In this document: positions 1 through 10,600 of the stretch, piece by piece | How the letters are laid out: each line of letters starts with the position of its first letter | Numbering within the stretch: position 1 is the first letter of the stretch | Source of the DNA: Klebsormidium nitens | Taxonomy: Eukaryota; Plantae; Klebsormidiophyceae | Assembly: GCA_000708835.1 (NCBI GenBank) | Contig: DF237169.1 | Location: 73,390-137,389 of the forward strand | DNA length: 64,000 nt | Reading direction: 5' to 3' | Translations under genes and position numbers: made by a program | The notes under the pieces: model-generated | The model's input: only the letters and a program-made list of their open reading frames with translations | Databases searched by the model: none | What the model was told of the DNA's origin: nothing

Positions 1-261
1 CGTCTCAAATGCGAGCCGTGGGGGAGGGGGGTCCCCGTGGGGAACACTGCTAATGATTGGATGGTGCTCTGGAAGCACAGAGGAATCCGGCAACTCATCT
101 TCAATTCCATCCGGAGTTCCCGGAAGGCCGAGCTCTGTAATTTGGCCGTTGGCCACAAACGCCTTTTGCAGGTGGCCATTCAGAGGGGTTTGAGGGGGCG
201 GACGCTGCACTACGACTGACTCATGATCCAGGGTATGTGGTTCGTCCTTGGTCGTGATCAT
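1..261 (-). CDS. Possible 5' end of a protein-coding gene running off the left edge (acidic/Pro-rich N-terminus)
   Basis: Open frame from ATG at 261 to base 1: MITTKDEPHTLDHESVVVQRPPPQTPLNGHLQKAFVANGQITELGLPGTPDGIEDELPDSSVLPEHHPIISSVPHGDPPPPRLAFET. In-frame stop upstream. No domain recognised. Confidence 0.35.
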   Translation of the reverse strand, partial: MITTKDEPHTLDHESVVVQRPPPQTPLNGHLQKAFVANGQITELGLPGTPDGIEDELPDSSVLPEHHPIISSVPHGDPPPPRLAFET

Positions 262-519
262 CGGTCTGTGTGTGAGGCCCCTCGGATCTCCCTGCGTGGG
301 CCACAGCGGACGAGACACGGGACATGCTTTACAAAAGAGAGTCTGCGGCTAACGGAGTTGTTTATCGCTCTAAAAGAATAGCGTTCCCTACCCGAAAATT
401 GCGCGGCAAAAGGGGTCTAACCGAGCGCATCTTATTGCGCGGCCTCAGAAGGAGAAACCTTTGAGGTGTGCACTGTCCTTCAAGCTACGGGTCAATGACT
501 CCGGTGGTCAATTGTAGCC

Positions 520-1000
520 GGCAAGCGTGCAACATTTGCTTCGGTATTGAAAAAAAACGTTTCAAGCGCCTCGAGAAGCCTTCAAGTTCAATGATATGAC
601 CCCAAGCTTTGCAGAAACGGAGCACTCAGCACACTACACCGTAGTAACAGAGTGCCACATTCCGACCTGCTCCAGGATTGAAACGTGCCACTTCTTTGCG
701 CCTTGCAGTGGCAGGAAAATGCTGATCTGACTCACGTCGACGACAAGACGGCCATGGGATCATGGAATGATGGCCGGATGCTCATTGCATGATGATTGCT
801 GGTTCACCGTTGAGATCCCACAAATGCCGCCGGGATCATTTTTCCCGTCGATGAACAAAGTATGGAGTATCGGACGGCTCAAACCATGCCTACTCAAGCA
901 TATAACCGCAAAGAAACTTGCGGCCCAGACATGGTTTCTTTCATCCGCCGATCTACGCAGATTGATGATTGATCCCATGCTTCGGTACGGTGAGTACGGG
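520..1000 (-). pseudogene. Decayed Upf1/DNA2-like SF1 helicase C-terminal (AAA_12-like) fragment
   Basis: Frameshifted motif series in plausible order and spacing: LFIDGK..GISTVNQQ (FID..S..N..E), P(C)KAQ (PYKAQ), VTTV (TVD), GFSRRL(N)V (GFL..RRLNV). Pattern recognition only. Confidence 0.35.
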
Positions 1001-1675
1001 CTTCATAATGTGATGTATGTATGTATTTCCAGATACCTGCCTAGTTCAACAGCCTCCTTGACGGAATGCCGCCGGACTAGGATAGATGTACATTATCAGC
1101 ATCATGCATCGACATTGCGTGCGCATTCAAGAATGCTAGTTTCATGGTCCATCGATGTAAGGACATGCATATGAAAGACTGACATGTCAACCCAAGCTAC
1201 CACAGCTGGGCGGGGCTGGTAGTATGGTAGTGATTGCATGCGAAGTCCACCTCTGATGCAGCGCCAATGGACTGACCAGCAATTTGACCGACTGAGACCA
1301 GCGACACAAGGGTTCTTACACAGATCAAGGTTGATCAACTAACTTGTGCAACGCTTGCTATATGATAGGAGCTTCAAGCTTCGAATTCACAGCACTTTGG
1401 ATTCCTTCTTCATTGAAACCAACTGACGCTACCGTACATCGACCAACAGACCACATTCGACACAAGTGACTTGCGCTGCTTCTCAAAACTCTCTTTACAT
1501 GCTATGCATCCAATTTAAAGGAACTTGGATCCTGCACCTCGTCGAACAGATTCACTTGGCAGGCCCGAGAGACAAACGTGGAGCGGACGGAACAATACCA
1601 AAGATGTTACATAACCCCCGTCCCGAGACTTAAGAAAAGTACTACCGTACGGTCTCCATAGTGCCGTGTGCGATG

Positions 1676-4600
1676 CTAGTTTTGTGCCTCATCATCTCCT
1701 ATGTCCGCCGAGCAACACGTGGCTCTTTTGGGCGAAAGGGCCTTCTTGTCCTTTCGCCGCTTTTGCCTTGCACCGTTGGACGTTGGCGAGCCGTTTACGG
1801 AGTCCCCACTAAAAGACGATGCGGGGCTAGTCCCAAACGTCTGCATCGGGCTGAGCGCTGCCTGTGCTTCCTGTACCTCCCTAGATGCGACCGCGGCAGC
1901 CGCCGTAAGCGGTGGGGGCTTGAGGGCAAACTGCAAACCAGACAGAAACCATCTTCAGAGACAGTCCTCAACGCCTGACTTCGAGGGAGTGATGATCCAT
2001 AGAAAAGTTCAACGGTGAAAACAATGCACGTGAGGTACTAATGTCAGAACCTCAGTGCTTCAAACTGACTCCCATTGTTCGTCCTCAATCCAGAATAAGC
2101 GACAGAAAAACCAGACTCCTCCAGAAGTCCAACCCTCCGGTCAGCCGCCCACTTCCATTGCTCAGACTGCGAACGGCCATGATTTCCAAACGCAGAAGCG
2201 GCTGGAATCTCAAGTAAACACCTCCAACGAAGAAGCTCCCAGGAATGCCACCGACTCTGTACATGGCCCTGACTTTGGAGCGGCAGATCGAACCCTTTCG
2301 AAAAAGTCCGCTTGGGAAATCACCAAAGAGGACATCTCGATCTTCCGGAACCCGCTTTGGAGACCACACGAAAGGAACTACACTGCCTCGGTCGCTCGCT
2401 TACGTACTTTCACTTGCCGTATTTAGACCACCCCTTATACCACTCAGATAAGCGGAGCCCGACGCCCTCCAAACTTCCTAACAAACATCCCAAAACTGCG
2501 GCGCAGCCCTGAATCTGCGGCACCTACCTGCATCGCCCAGATGGCCAGCGGCCGCATGTACGTCAGCGAACGGAAGCGGCCGTCGACGGTCCACGCCTCG
2601 GGCGTCTGAAACCAGTAGCCGTGGTCGCACCAGCCGGCCTGGAAAACTTTCATCGGGTTAGTGAGTGGTAAGCCCAGTTTACAGAAACGGGCACGGGTGG
2701 GGTTAGTAAGGTGGTCAGGTTATCTGTGAGGGCGGGGTGCATGGACTTTTGAGTTCGAAAAAGTTGCTTGCAATCAGGTGACTGGACCGCTCAAATTCCG
2801 TGGCTGTCACATCTAAAAGCAGGTCAGGCAGCCACGTTTGACATGGATATGCAAGCACGAAGCTATCTCTCAGATTATGGTGGTAGCACAAGAAAAGTAC
2901 TGTTCGCTGGGCTGAACATACGTTGGACCGAACATTACCTGGAACACGCCCTCCGCTGTTTTGAACGCCTCCGCTGCCATGCCTTCGTACAGCATCGTCG
3001 CGGAGAGCGCATACGTGACACCTGTCCACACCTCGCGGGACTGCATGCACGTGTCGTCGACCTGCAGAGAAAAGGAGGGCCCTGTGAGCGAACGGAGGCA
3101 GAAGTCGTAGCCCCCTGTCACCATGGCGGTTCGTACGCACGTCCAAAATCAAATAACCTCATCTATTCTGTTCTATTTGAAACGGCGGACATAGAAAAAT
3201 TCAAGCACTGCAAACTCAGCACAAGAACACGTGGACATCAAACTAAGCGATGCTCCGTAAGGCGTATCCCAAAAACAGAGGCCCTCGGACCTTTAAAGTG
3301 AGGCAACGACTTGGATCAACGGGCCGTATTGAAATGGACTCGGCTAGACAAAAGCCTACCTTTCCGGACAGCTCCATTCCGTTGACGGCCCCCATCTTTC
3401 CGTTCCGGATCTTCATGACGTTGTACTCGAAAATGGTCCTGAGCGCGCTCTGCGCCTGGTAGTCGTGGAACAGGGGGGGCAGCCCGCATGCCCAAGCGTA
3501 CCTGGGCAAGAAAGGACAAGCGCGTCAGCGTTGAGCGGATCGAGCGAGGCCTCAAGGTCACAGACTTTCCGACGAGTCTCTGAAAAGTGTTTCCTCAAGG
3601 TGCAGGCAGCAGATTGCCTTAAGGAACTCGACAAAAGCCGGTTAGGATAGGAAGCTTTTCACCTCTGGAACCAACTTGACGGATGTCGGGAAGACAGCTC
3701 TTGCGATTCGATGTCGAAAGTCCTTACTGCCAAAGGAACGCCCCAGAACGTAACATCCGGAATCAGAGCAAGGAACAACTTTGAAGCAAACGCAAACGAC
3801 ACCGAGACTTCAAGGAGTCCTTACAGACCTTAATTAAGACGCCCCAGGAGCAAACGCCCTCTCTGTTTCACAAGCTGGGAAGTTCCTTTCAGCATCCCTG
3901 AATCTAACCACACAAGCCTCAGCTTCTGATTTCCAGAACCAAACCTAAACTCAAACCCAAAACGAAACCCCAAAATCCAAATTCAAACCTCAAACCTCAA
4001 TGCCAAATCCGAACCCACCACTGCCCCGCTAGCTGGTCCGCCTGGATGGACGCGCTGTTGCTGCTGTCGCTCGCATCGTACTTGAAGTAGCGCCCGTTCC
4101 ACAGAACCTGCTCGTACTTTGCGCTTCCCTTACGGAACATGGCGCGGTAGCAGCGAGCGGCTTCAAACTCGCCGAGAGCGTCGGCCATGCCCGCAGCGGC
4201 ACGAAGGGCGGCGAGCCAAAGGCCCCCACAGTAGGCGCTGATGCCCTTAACGGACCTGTGGCGAGTAAGCGGAGTTGTGAGAAAACTATGCGGAGAAACG
4301 GAATTCAGTTGGCCAAGATCCGAGTCAGATCGTACTTGTTCTTTCTTGGACTGAAGTAAGGGTGAGATTCGAATAAACGGCCCTTGAAAGTACCTGCGAG
4401 TAACATACAAACGAAACAAGGAGACTGGTGTACACGAGTATGCTCTGCAAAGGATTAGCCAGGGGTGTGATTGATAAGGCACAGCAGAAAAGCGCACAAC
4501 TGGAAAACACTCTCAACCACAAAATCTGGTCAAAGTGGCAAAATTGAATCATCTTGAGACAAACTGGGACTGATTTGTTTGATGTAACAGGCATTGATCT

Positions 4601-7600
4601 GTGTACGGATTGGTTGTTCTGAATGTAATATACAAAGGGTTCGACATTGCAAATACCTGAAAGGCAAGAAAGCTTGCGTCAAAAAATGATGAACAGGATC
4701 TTGTGGGGGTGTCCAAGCGGACAGGTACCGACGCTGTTGGTCCATGACTTAATGGGAGGTTTGGTAGGAGCAGAACTCACTTTGAAAGTGCATGATCTGA
4801 AGAAAGTGATGGGTGCTTGCTAGATACAGCTAGTTTAAAGAGTTTCAATGGATAAAAACCGTGGCAAATCAGACTGCTTGAGCAATGTTGGGCTTTGAAG
4901 GATGGATATTTTGGCGGTGTGGGTATTTAGTGTGATTCGGTTGAATACAGTCGAGTTGTTTGTAAATGGCAATCGCTTGCGGAAAACAAAATGCGATAAG
5001 GCCGGTTGTGTCACTGAGTTGATGGGTTAACCAGATCAAATGTGACCTGCCAGGGGTTGAGTTGAGGTCTTCAGAGATGTGGTTAATCTGTCGAGGGCTG
5101 ACGGAGTTGAGGAAGTTTAAAGCGAGGTGAGGGATCCTCGAAGTCTGATAGCCAATGAAGGTTGGGGATGATGGTGGTAGTTTATGCGGACTGAAAGCAC
5201 TGGCAGGGGTATGGGTTCGAATGTTCCGAAACATTGCCGAGTGGTTTGAGGGGGACATCTGGAATTGATATGGAGGGGAGAAGTTGAGGGTATCAAGATT
5301 CAAATATTCGAAGTCGTTGCCATGTGGTTTGCAAGATTGATCAAATATGAGGGGGAATACTTGAAGTTTTTGACATGGAGGGGGAGATGAGGGTTGTGGA
5401 AGGTTTGTGGGGCAGGGAAGAGTTGGGAGTGTTGGACATGGAGGGTGTAAGTAATCGTGAAAATGTGTTGAGAGTAGTGGAAGGTTGTGGGACAGGGAAG
5501 GGGGTGAGAGGTGAAGTGTTGGACGTGGAAGGTTGTGGGTCAGGGAAGGGGTTGAAAGTTGGAGGTGTGAATAATGTGGAAAATGGAGAGGGTGTTGTTG
5601 GGCAGGGGCCGCGCGAACGCGAGCCCCCGCTGCCACAAATTGTGCCGTGTAGACACCCCGTAGGGTGTTACTGGGATTCACCGCGACCGGAGTGCAATGG
5701 AAGCAGCTCGTCCCAGGCCATCCGCCTTCGTGATCACAGATTGACCCCGGCCAGGTAAGTGAAGAAACAGGGCCTGGGTCCGGGTTTATAAAGCGGTCGG
5801 GGAAACCGCCTGGTTGTGGGTGAATTTCACGAGAACTCCGACCGACCGATGGAATTCAGTCGGCCGATCGGACGGTCATCGACGATCGACGCGACTCCGG
5901 TCGCAAAATTCAAAATTCCGCGCGGTGGCCATTCTCCGAATTAAAGAGAGCGGAAGCTGACGAGCAGTTCACTTGTTCGCGGTCCAGCTACTTCTAAGGC
6001 CTAAGCGGCACTGAATACTGACACCAGAAACTTGTACGTTTCGGTGTTATTCAGGCTCAGCTTAGGCTTTGAAATCAGCACAGAAAGCAGAGAAGACGAC
6101 ACAAGCAGAAGGATTCTGACACGCAAGACTGTTCTTGCCTCCTTGGGTGGATGGTATAGAAGCCCGAAGTCCCTTAAAAGAAGTGACTTTCAACAGAAGT
6201 ACACATAATAGCTCACATGCAAAGCGATGCTCGCAAGATGAGTAAGGTTACAGAAAAGCTCAAAGTAAAAGCAATCCTCTCAACATGCAGACACCCCATT
6301 GCCTCCCTAGTAGAGATAGGTTCTCACCAGGTATCGTAGGTCTGGTCCGGGAAGCCCCCGTTCTCAATCAGGCCGTCCCCGTCGGTGTCGAACTGCATGC
6401 TGTACTCCATCGCGGAGCGCACCGCCTCCCAGCAGTCGCGCGCAAACTTCATGTCGCCGGTCGCCACAAAGTCGCGGTACACCTGCCAAATTACAGGGCC
6501 CTCTAATCAGTCTCAAGTTGCTACTAGGTTAAGCTTTCTGGAAATCGTGCTCTGTTTCATATGACAGGCACGCTGGGAAGCCTTCTGGTGGCAAAAGTGC
6601 CAATGGAGTCTCATCTGGTTACAGCATCAACTTGGAACGGGAGTCGCTTATGTTGGGTCTTAGTACGGAAGCCTTTCGCGGAAGTTCACATTGACGGGGA
6701 CTAAAACAAGTTTCAGAAAAGGCAATAAAGACACCCTCGCCCAGCCGCCGACCTACAGCACGAACTTAAAGAGTCAATCTTCTTAATCAATCCCGAAGAT
6801 GTGATCCAGCGAACCAAAAAACACCCGCTCCCTCCGCAGTAGGGAGGCGGCTGGAAATCCGCTAAAGAAGGACACCCACTGACCTGCAGCACGAGGTCCT
6901 TCCATCTAGAGTCCAAACTTTCGAGAAGGGTGATGCGTCAGAACATCTTTACGGGAGGAGCTGAAACGAGCTGAAGGGGACCCTCTTCCCGGTGCTCCAC
7001 CCGGGATCATACCCGGGGTCTAAATCTAGCTTAAGAAGGACCCCCCCGCCGCTGACCTGCAGCACGAACTTGGGGTTGAGGTCCTTCCACGTGGAGGTGT
7101 TGTGGATGTTGTACGCGTTGACGGCGACCCACGGGTTGTCGATGCCCAGGTCGTGCGGCACCGCGCCAGCCACCTTGCGCGGGCCGTAGTCGCCCTCGTG
7201 CAAGAACTTGATGCGCTCTGGGATCTGTGTAGGAGAGAAAGTGGGGTTAAGAGAGGAGCAACCCTTCAAAAGACGGATTGTCGATCCAGAGACACCGCAG
7301 TCCAAAGCCACCGCAATTCAGAGCCACCACAGTTCCTCTTACAAAGATGAATGTTGGTAAGGCCGCCAGACGCTCTGAATAGTCGGAGGGTTCCAGTGTC
7401 TTTTAAAGCCCACTTAAAGAGGAATGTAAGCTCACTTGGAACCCAGGTCAAGCTGGAAGTCTCATCCGGACTGGGAACAATATTCAGAATCCCAAATGGC
7501 AAACCGAGTCGCTCAGACAGAAGACAACGCAACTGTAACAAGCGGACGTGCAGAAAGCTCGTCTGTCCAAGCATTTCCTTCCTGACACAGCAATCCGTAG

Positions 7601-10600
7601 GCTGCAGGACTTCGGCTGGGGAGGCCTTTTCCGGATTTCGAGGCCACGTGCCTGCTGCCATCAGGTGAAGAGAACAAGCGTGGTTTTCCAGAATCCACCA
7701 ACAAAACAATAAACTTCAAGCTCAGTAATCTCAGATGACGTCATCGGGGCGCATTCTCACCTCCATCATGGTTGCCTCCGCAAAGTCGCGCTGCAGGCTG
7801 AGCTCCAGCTTGGGGAACAGGCTCAGCAGCGCGAAGCTGGCGTAGAAGTGGACGTCATACGTGTTCCACATGACGTACTCCACGCCCTCCAGGTACAGGA
7901 ACTGCCCGACGCCGTAGTGCGTGTCGACGAACGGCTCCGTCTCGGGTACTGTTAGCACCGGCTCGATGCCTGCGGAGGAAGATAGTTTTAGACACAAGGG
8001 TCTGGAATAACGAAGAAACAAGATGACCAGTTTTCGCAAGCAGCGATACATCTTCCGTAGCGGTACATTCGAGTGTCTACGAACGGCTTTGCCGTTACCT
8101 TGTGCCGGCGTTCTTGGTGCTGATGCCCAAAAGTGTGGGCTGCTTGCGTCAGAAACAAATCAAAAGTGTCGCGCGATCACTGGAATTCTGAAGTCAATAG
8201 CGAGACGAACTTCACAGCTGCATATTGTCCGGGCGGCCTATCTACATAGATTGTAAAGAGGGGGAATAACACTCGGGGAAGGTAATCAAACTGCATACTT
8301 ACATCAGCAGGATATCCAATTGACAGAAACGAGATTGTTGCGGCAAGAGGGTGCAAAAGATGGACTGCTGGACGTGCAGTCTCTCTTGCATCTGTCGCGC
8401 GAGCCTTACCTACGGCCCCCTCCCCATCGCCCAAATCATCCCCCAAGCCAATTGCAGCGCCGCTGGCATCTATCCGCACCGGTAAAGACGCCGCCGGAGC
8501 TTTCCCCCTTGGCCGAAGCTGCGCAGTCCCTTCCGCAGCATGCGCACTCGACGGAGCAACCCTCAGGCCCTCCCCAACCTGCTCACTCCCGCCGCCCAAA
8601 GGCGCCTCTCCCCTATCAGTTTCCGCACCAGTCGTCCCCGGATCTCTGTGGCTCTCGTCAAGCCCGTTTCCCTCTTCCGAGCTTTCGTCCTGACTACCAA
8701 CCGAAGCTACCGACCCGTGCGCACTGAACATCCGCTGGCTGCCCAAACCTGCGTCCCGCAAGGCGCCGTCGTTCTCTTCCAGCGACGTGCCCGGTTCCGC
8801 CCCCCGCCCTCCGTTCCGTTCCGTTTCTCCAGCTTTCCGTTCCGCCCCACCCTCCTGCTCCGCCCACTCTTCCAAACTCACCGCCCCCAACCTAGAGACC
8901 GTCCCGGGAGGACTCAGCGTTTTTCCCGACGCCCCATTTTTCAGCGGCGACAAACTGGGCGCCACCCCGTCCCTTTCTTCCACCTTGCCCAGCCAGCTAC
9001 TTGTCCGTAGCAGCCCCGCTAACCCCCGCCCGCTGCTAGTTCTGCCAACTTCCGCGCCGAGGGATCCCCCTTCGGCCCCGTCCGAAACCTGGTCCAGGCT
9101 GAACGAGCGCCGAATGGGCTCTACCGGGGTGCGCCCCTCTTTGTGCCGGTGCCCCCGGTGCTTCGCTTTGGGCGTCCGTTTCTTTGCGGACGGGCTCGTG
9201 GTGGGGCTGCGGACGGGGGAGGTGGACGGAGTTGGGTCCGAATCGATGGCGTCCGAGAGAACCACGTCCGTGAGCTTCATCAGCACCTGCCAATATCAAC
9301 CAAGACATGAATCTTGTTTTCAGCTTCCTCGAGTGTTTGGCAGCACGATCAGACACTCTGCCTTTTGCTCTTTGTCAGTCCAAACTGTTCCGTCCTATTT
9401 TTTTAAATCAACGTCTTTCGTCTCGTTCGTTTGAGTATGAGAGGAAACGCAAAAGAAGAAACAAGCTTATGCGACACGCGACTCTGAAACTTCTTGCTAC
9501 AAGTGTGCCGCTTGTCAATAAGCACAGCATCCAAACCATGAACTTTTGGAAGGTCTGACGTAACGTACTTCAAACTCGAGGCCTCTGAGTTCACGAGACA
9601 AAGACAAACCTAAGCAATGTCTCCTGCTTACCCTGGTCTTGAAGGGCACTTCTTTTCGAGGCGCCGCCAGCGCCTGGTGCTCTTGAGTGACCTCCCGCCC
9701 ATTTTCCGCTCCTTCCCGGATCTTCGGAGTCCCGTCTGCAACCAACAAAGTTGCTCTTTGTCTATTTATATGCATATATTGCCTGGAAAAGAACCCCCGC
9801 CCCGAAACTCCAAACGCCGGCACTGAAATAGTGAAACCTCTGTAGAAGAACTTTGACTGGACAAAAACACAGAGGAGAGCGACTGAGCTCGGCCTTCGTC
9901 TGCGGATCTCAAGCACAACATAATATCTCGAGCACACGAAGAAATACTGGCCTAGCCTTACGAGCCTGCTAAAAGCTTCCTGCTCATGCAGAAAAACATA
10001 AGCAGGACATCCCCTTCTTCAGGATTCACTCCACTCCTGCTTGCTAAGCTGACGTTTCATATGTTCATTCCTCACCGGTCCAAACCGTCCCTCCGGAAAC
10101 CAGGTAGTACAGCTCGTTGAACAATGTGATCCGGTACCACTCCGGTACCGTGTCGTCGTCAATGATGGGCTTCTGCCACTCCTCGATGGCAGCCTCCCAG
10201 CTCCGATGATCTGCACGAGGTAAGATTGCTTTCGGCAGGTGAACACCCACTGTAGAGGTCTAATACCTACAGGGAACAGACAAGAAACTTCATCAAAGCG
10301 GTATGCAAAAGAAAGACTGCAGGATCTTCAGCTCTCTCTCTCTCGTGCGGATTGGTCCAGAAGACGTTGAAGCCGAGTGCCCATTGGTTCAGAAGACATT
10401 AAAACCTACTTCGCATCACTCGAGGCTGCTGCCGCTTAGGAAGAAAAACCCTTTCCTGACGCAGAAAAGCTGTTGGAACTCAAGAGGAAGAGTACTGATG
10501 CCCGCAAGCAACGACTTACTGAGGATAGCATGGTGCACCAACTTCGGAGCTGCGTTGCCTGCCCGTCCGAAAAACTGGGTGTACCGCCTGCATAACCGCC

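Noticed and set aside
767-1174. hAT transposase fragment on the plus strand (KKLAAQTWFLS)
   Set aside because: A single weak motif; the opposite strand gives a longer ordered motif series.
4869-5681. 270 aa ORF as a retrotransposon gag or other gene
   Set aside because: It overlaps the U1 snRNA and low-complexity C-rich sequence, has no recognisable domain, and no LTR or pol is nearby.
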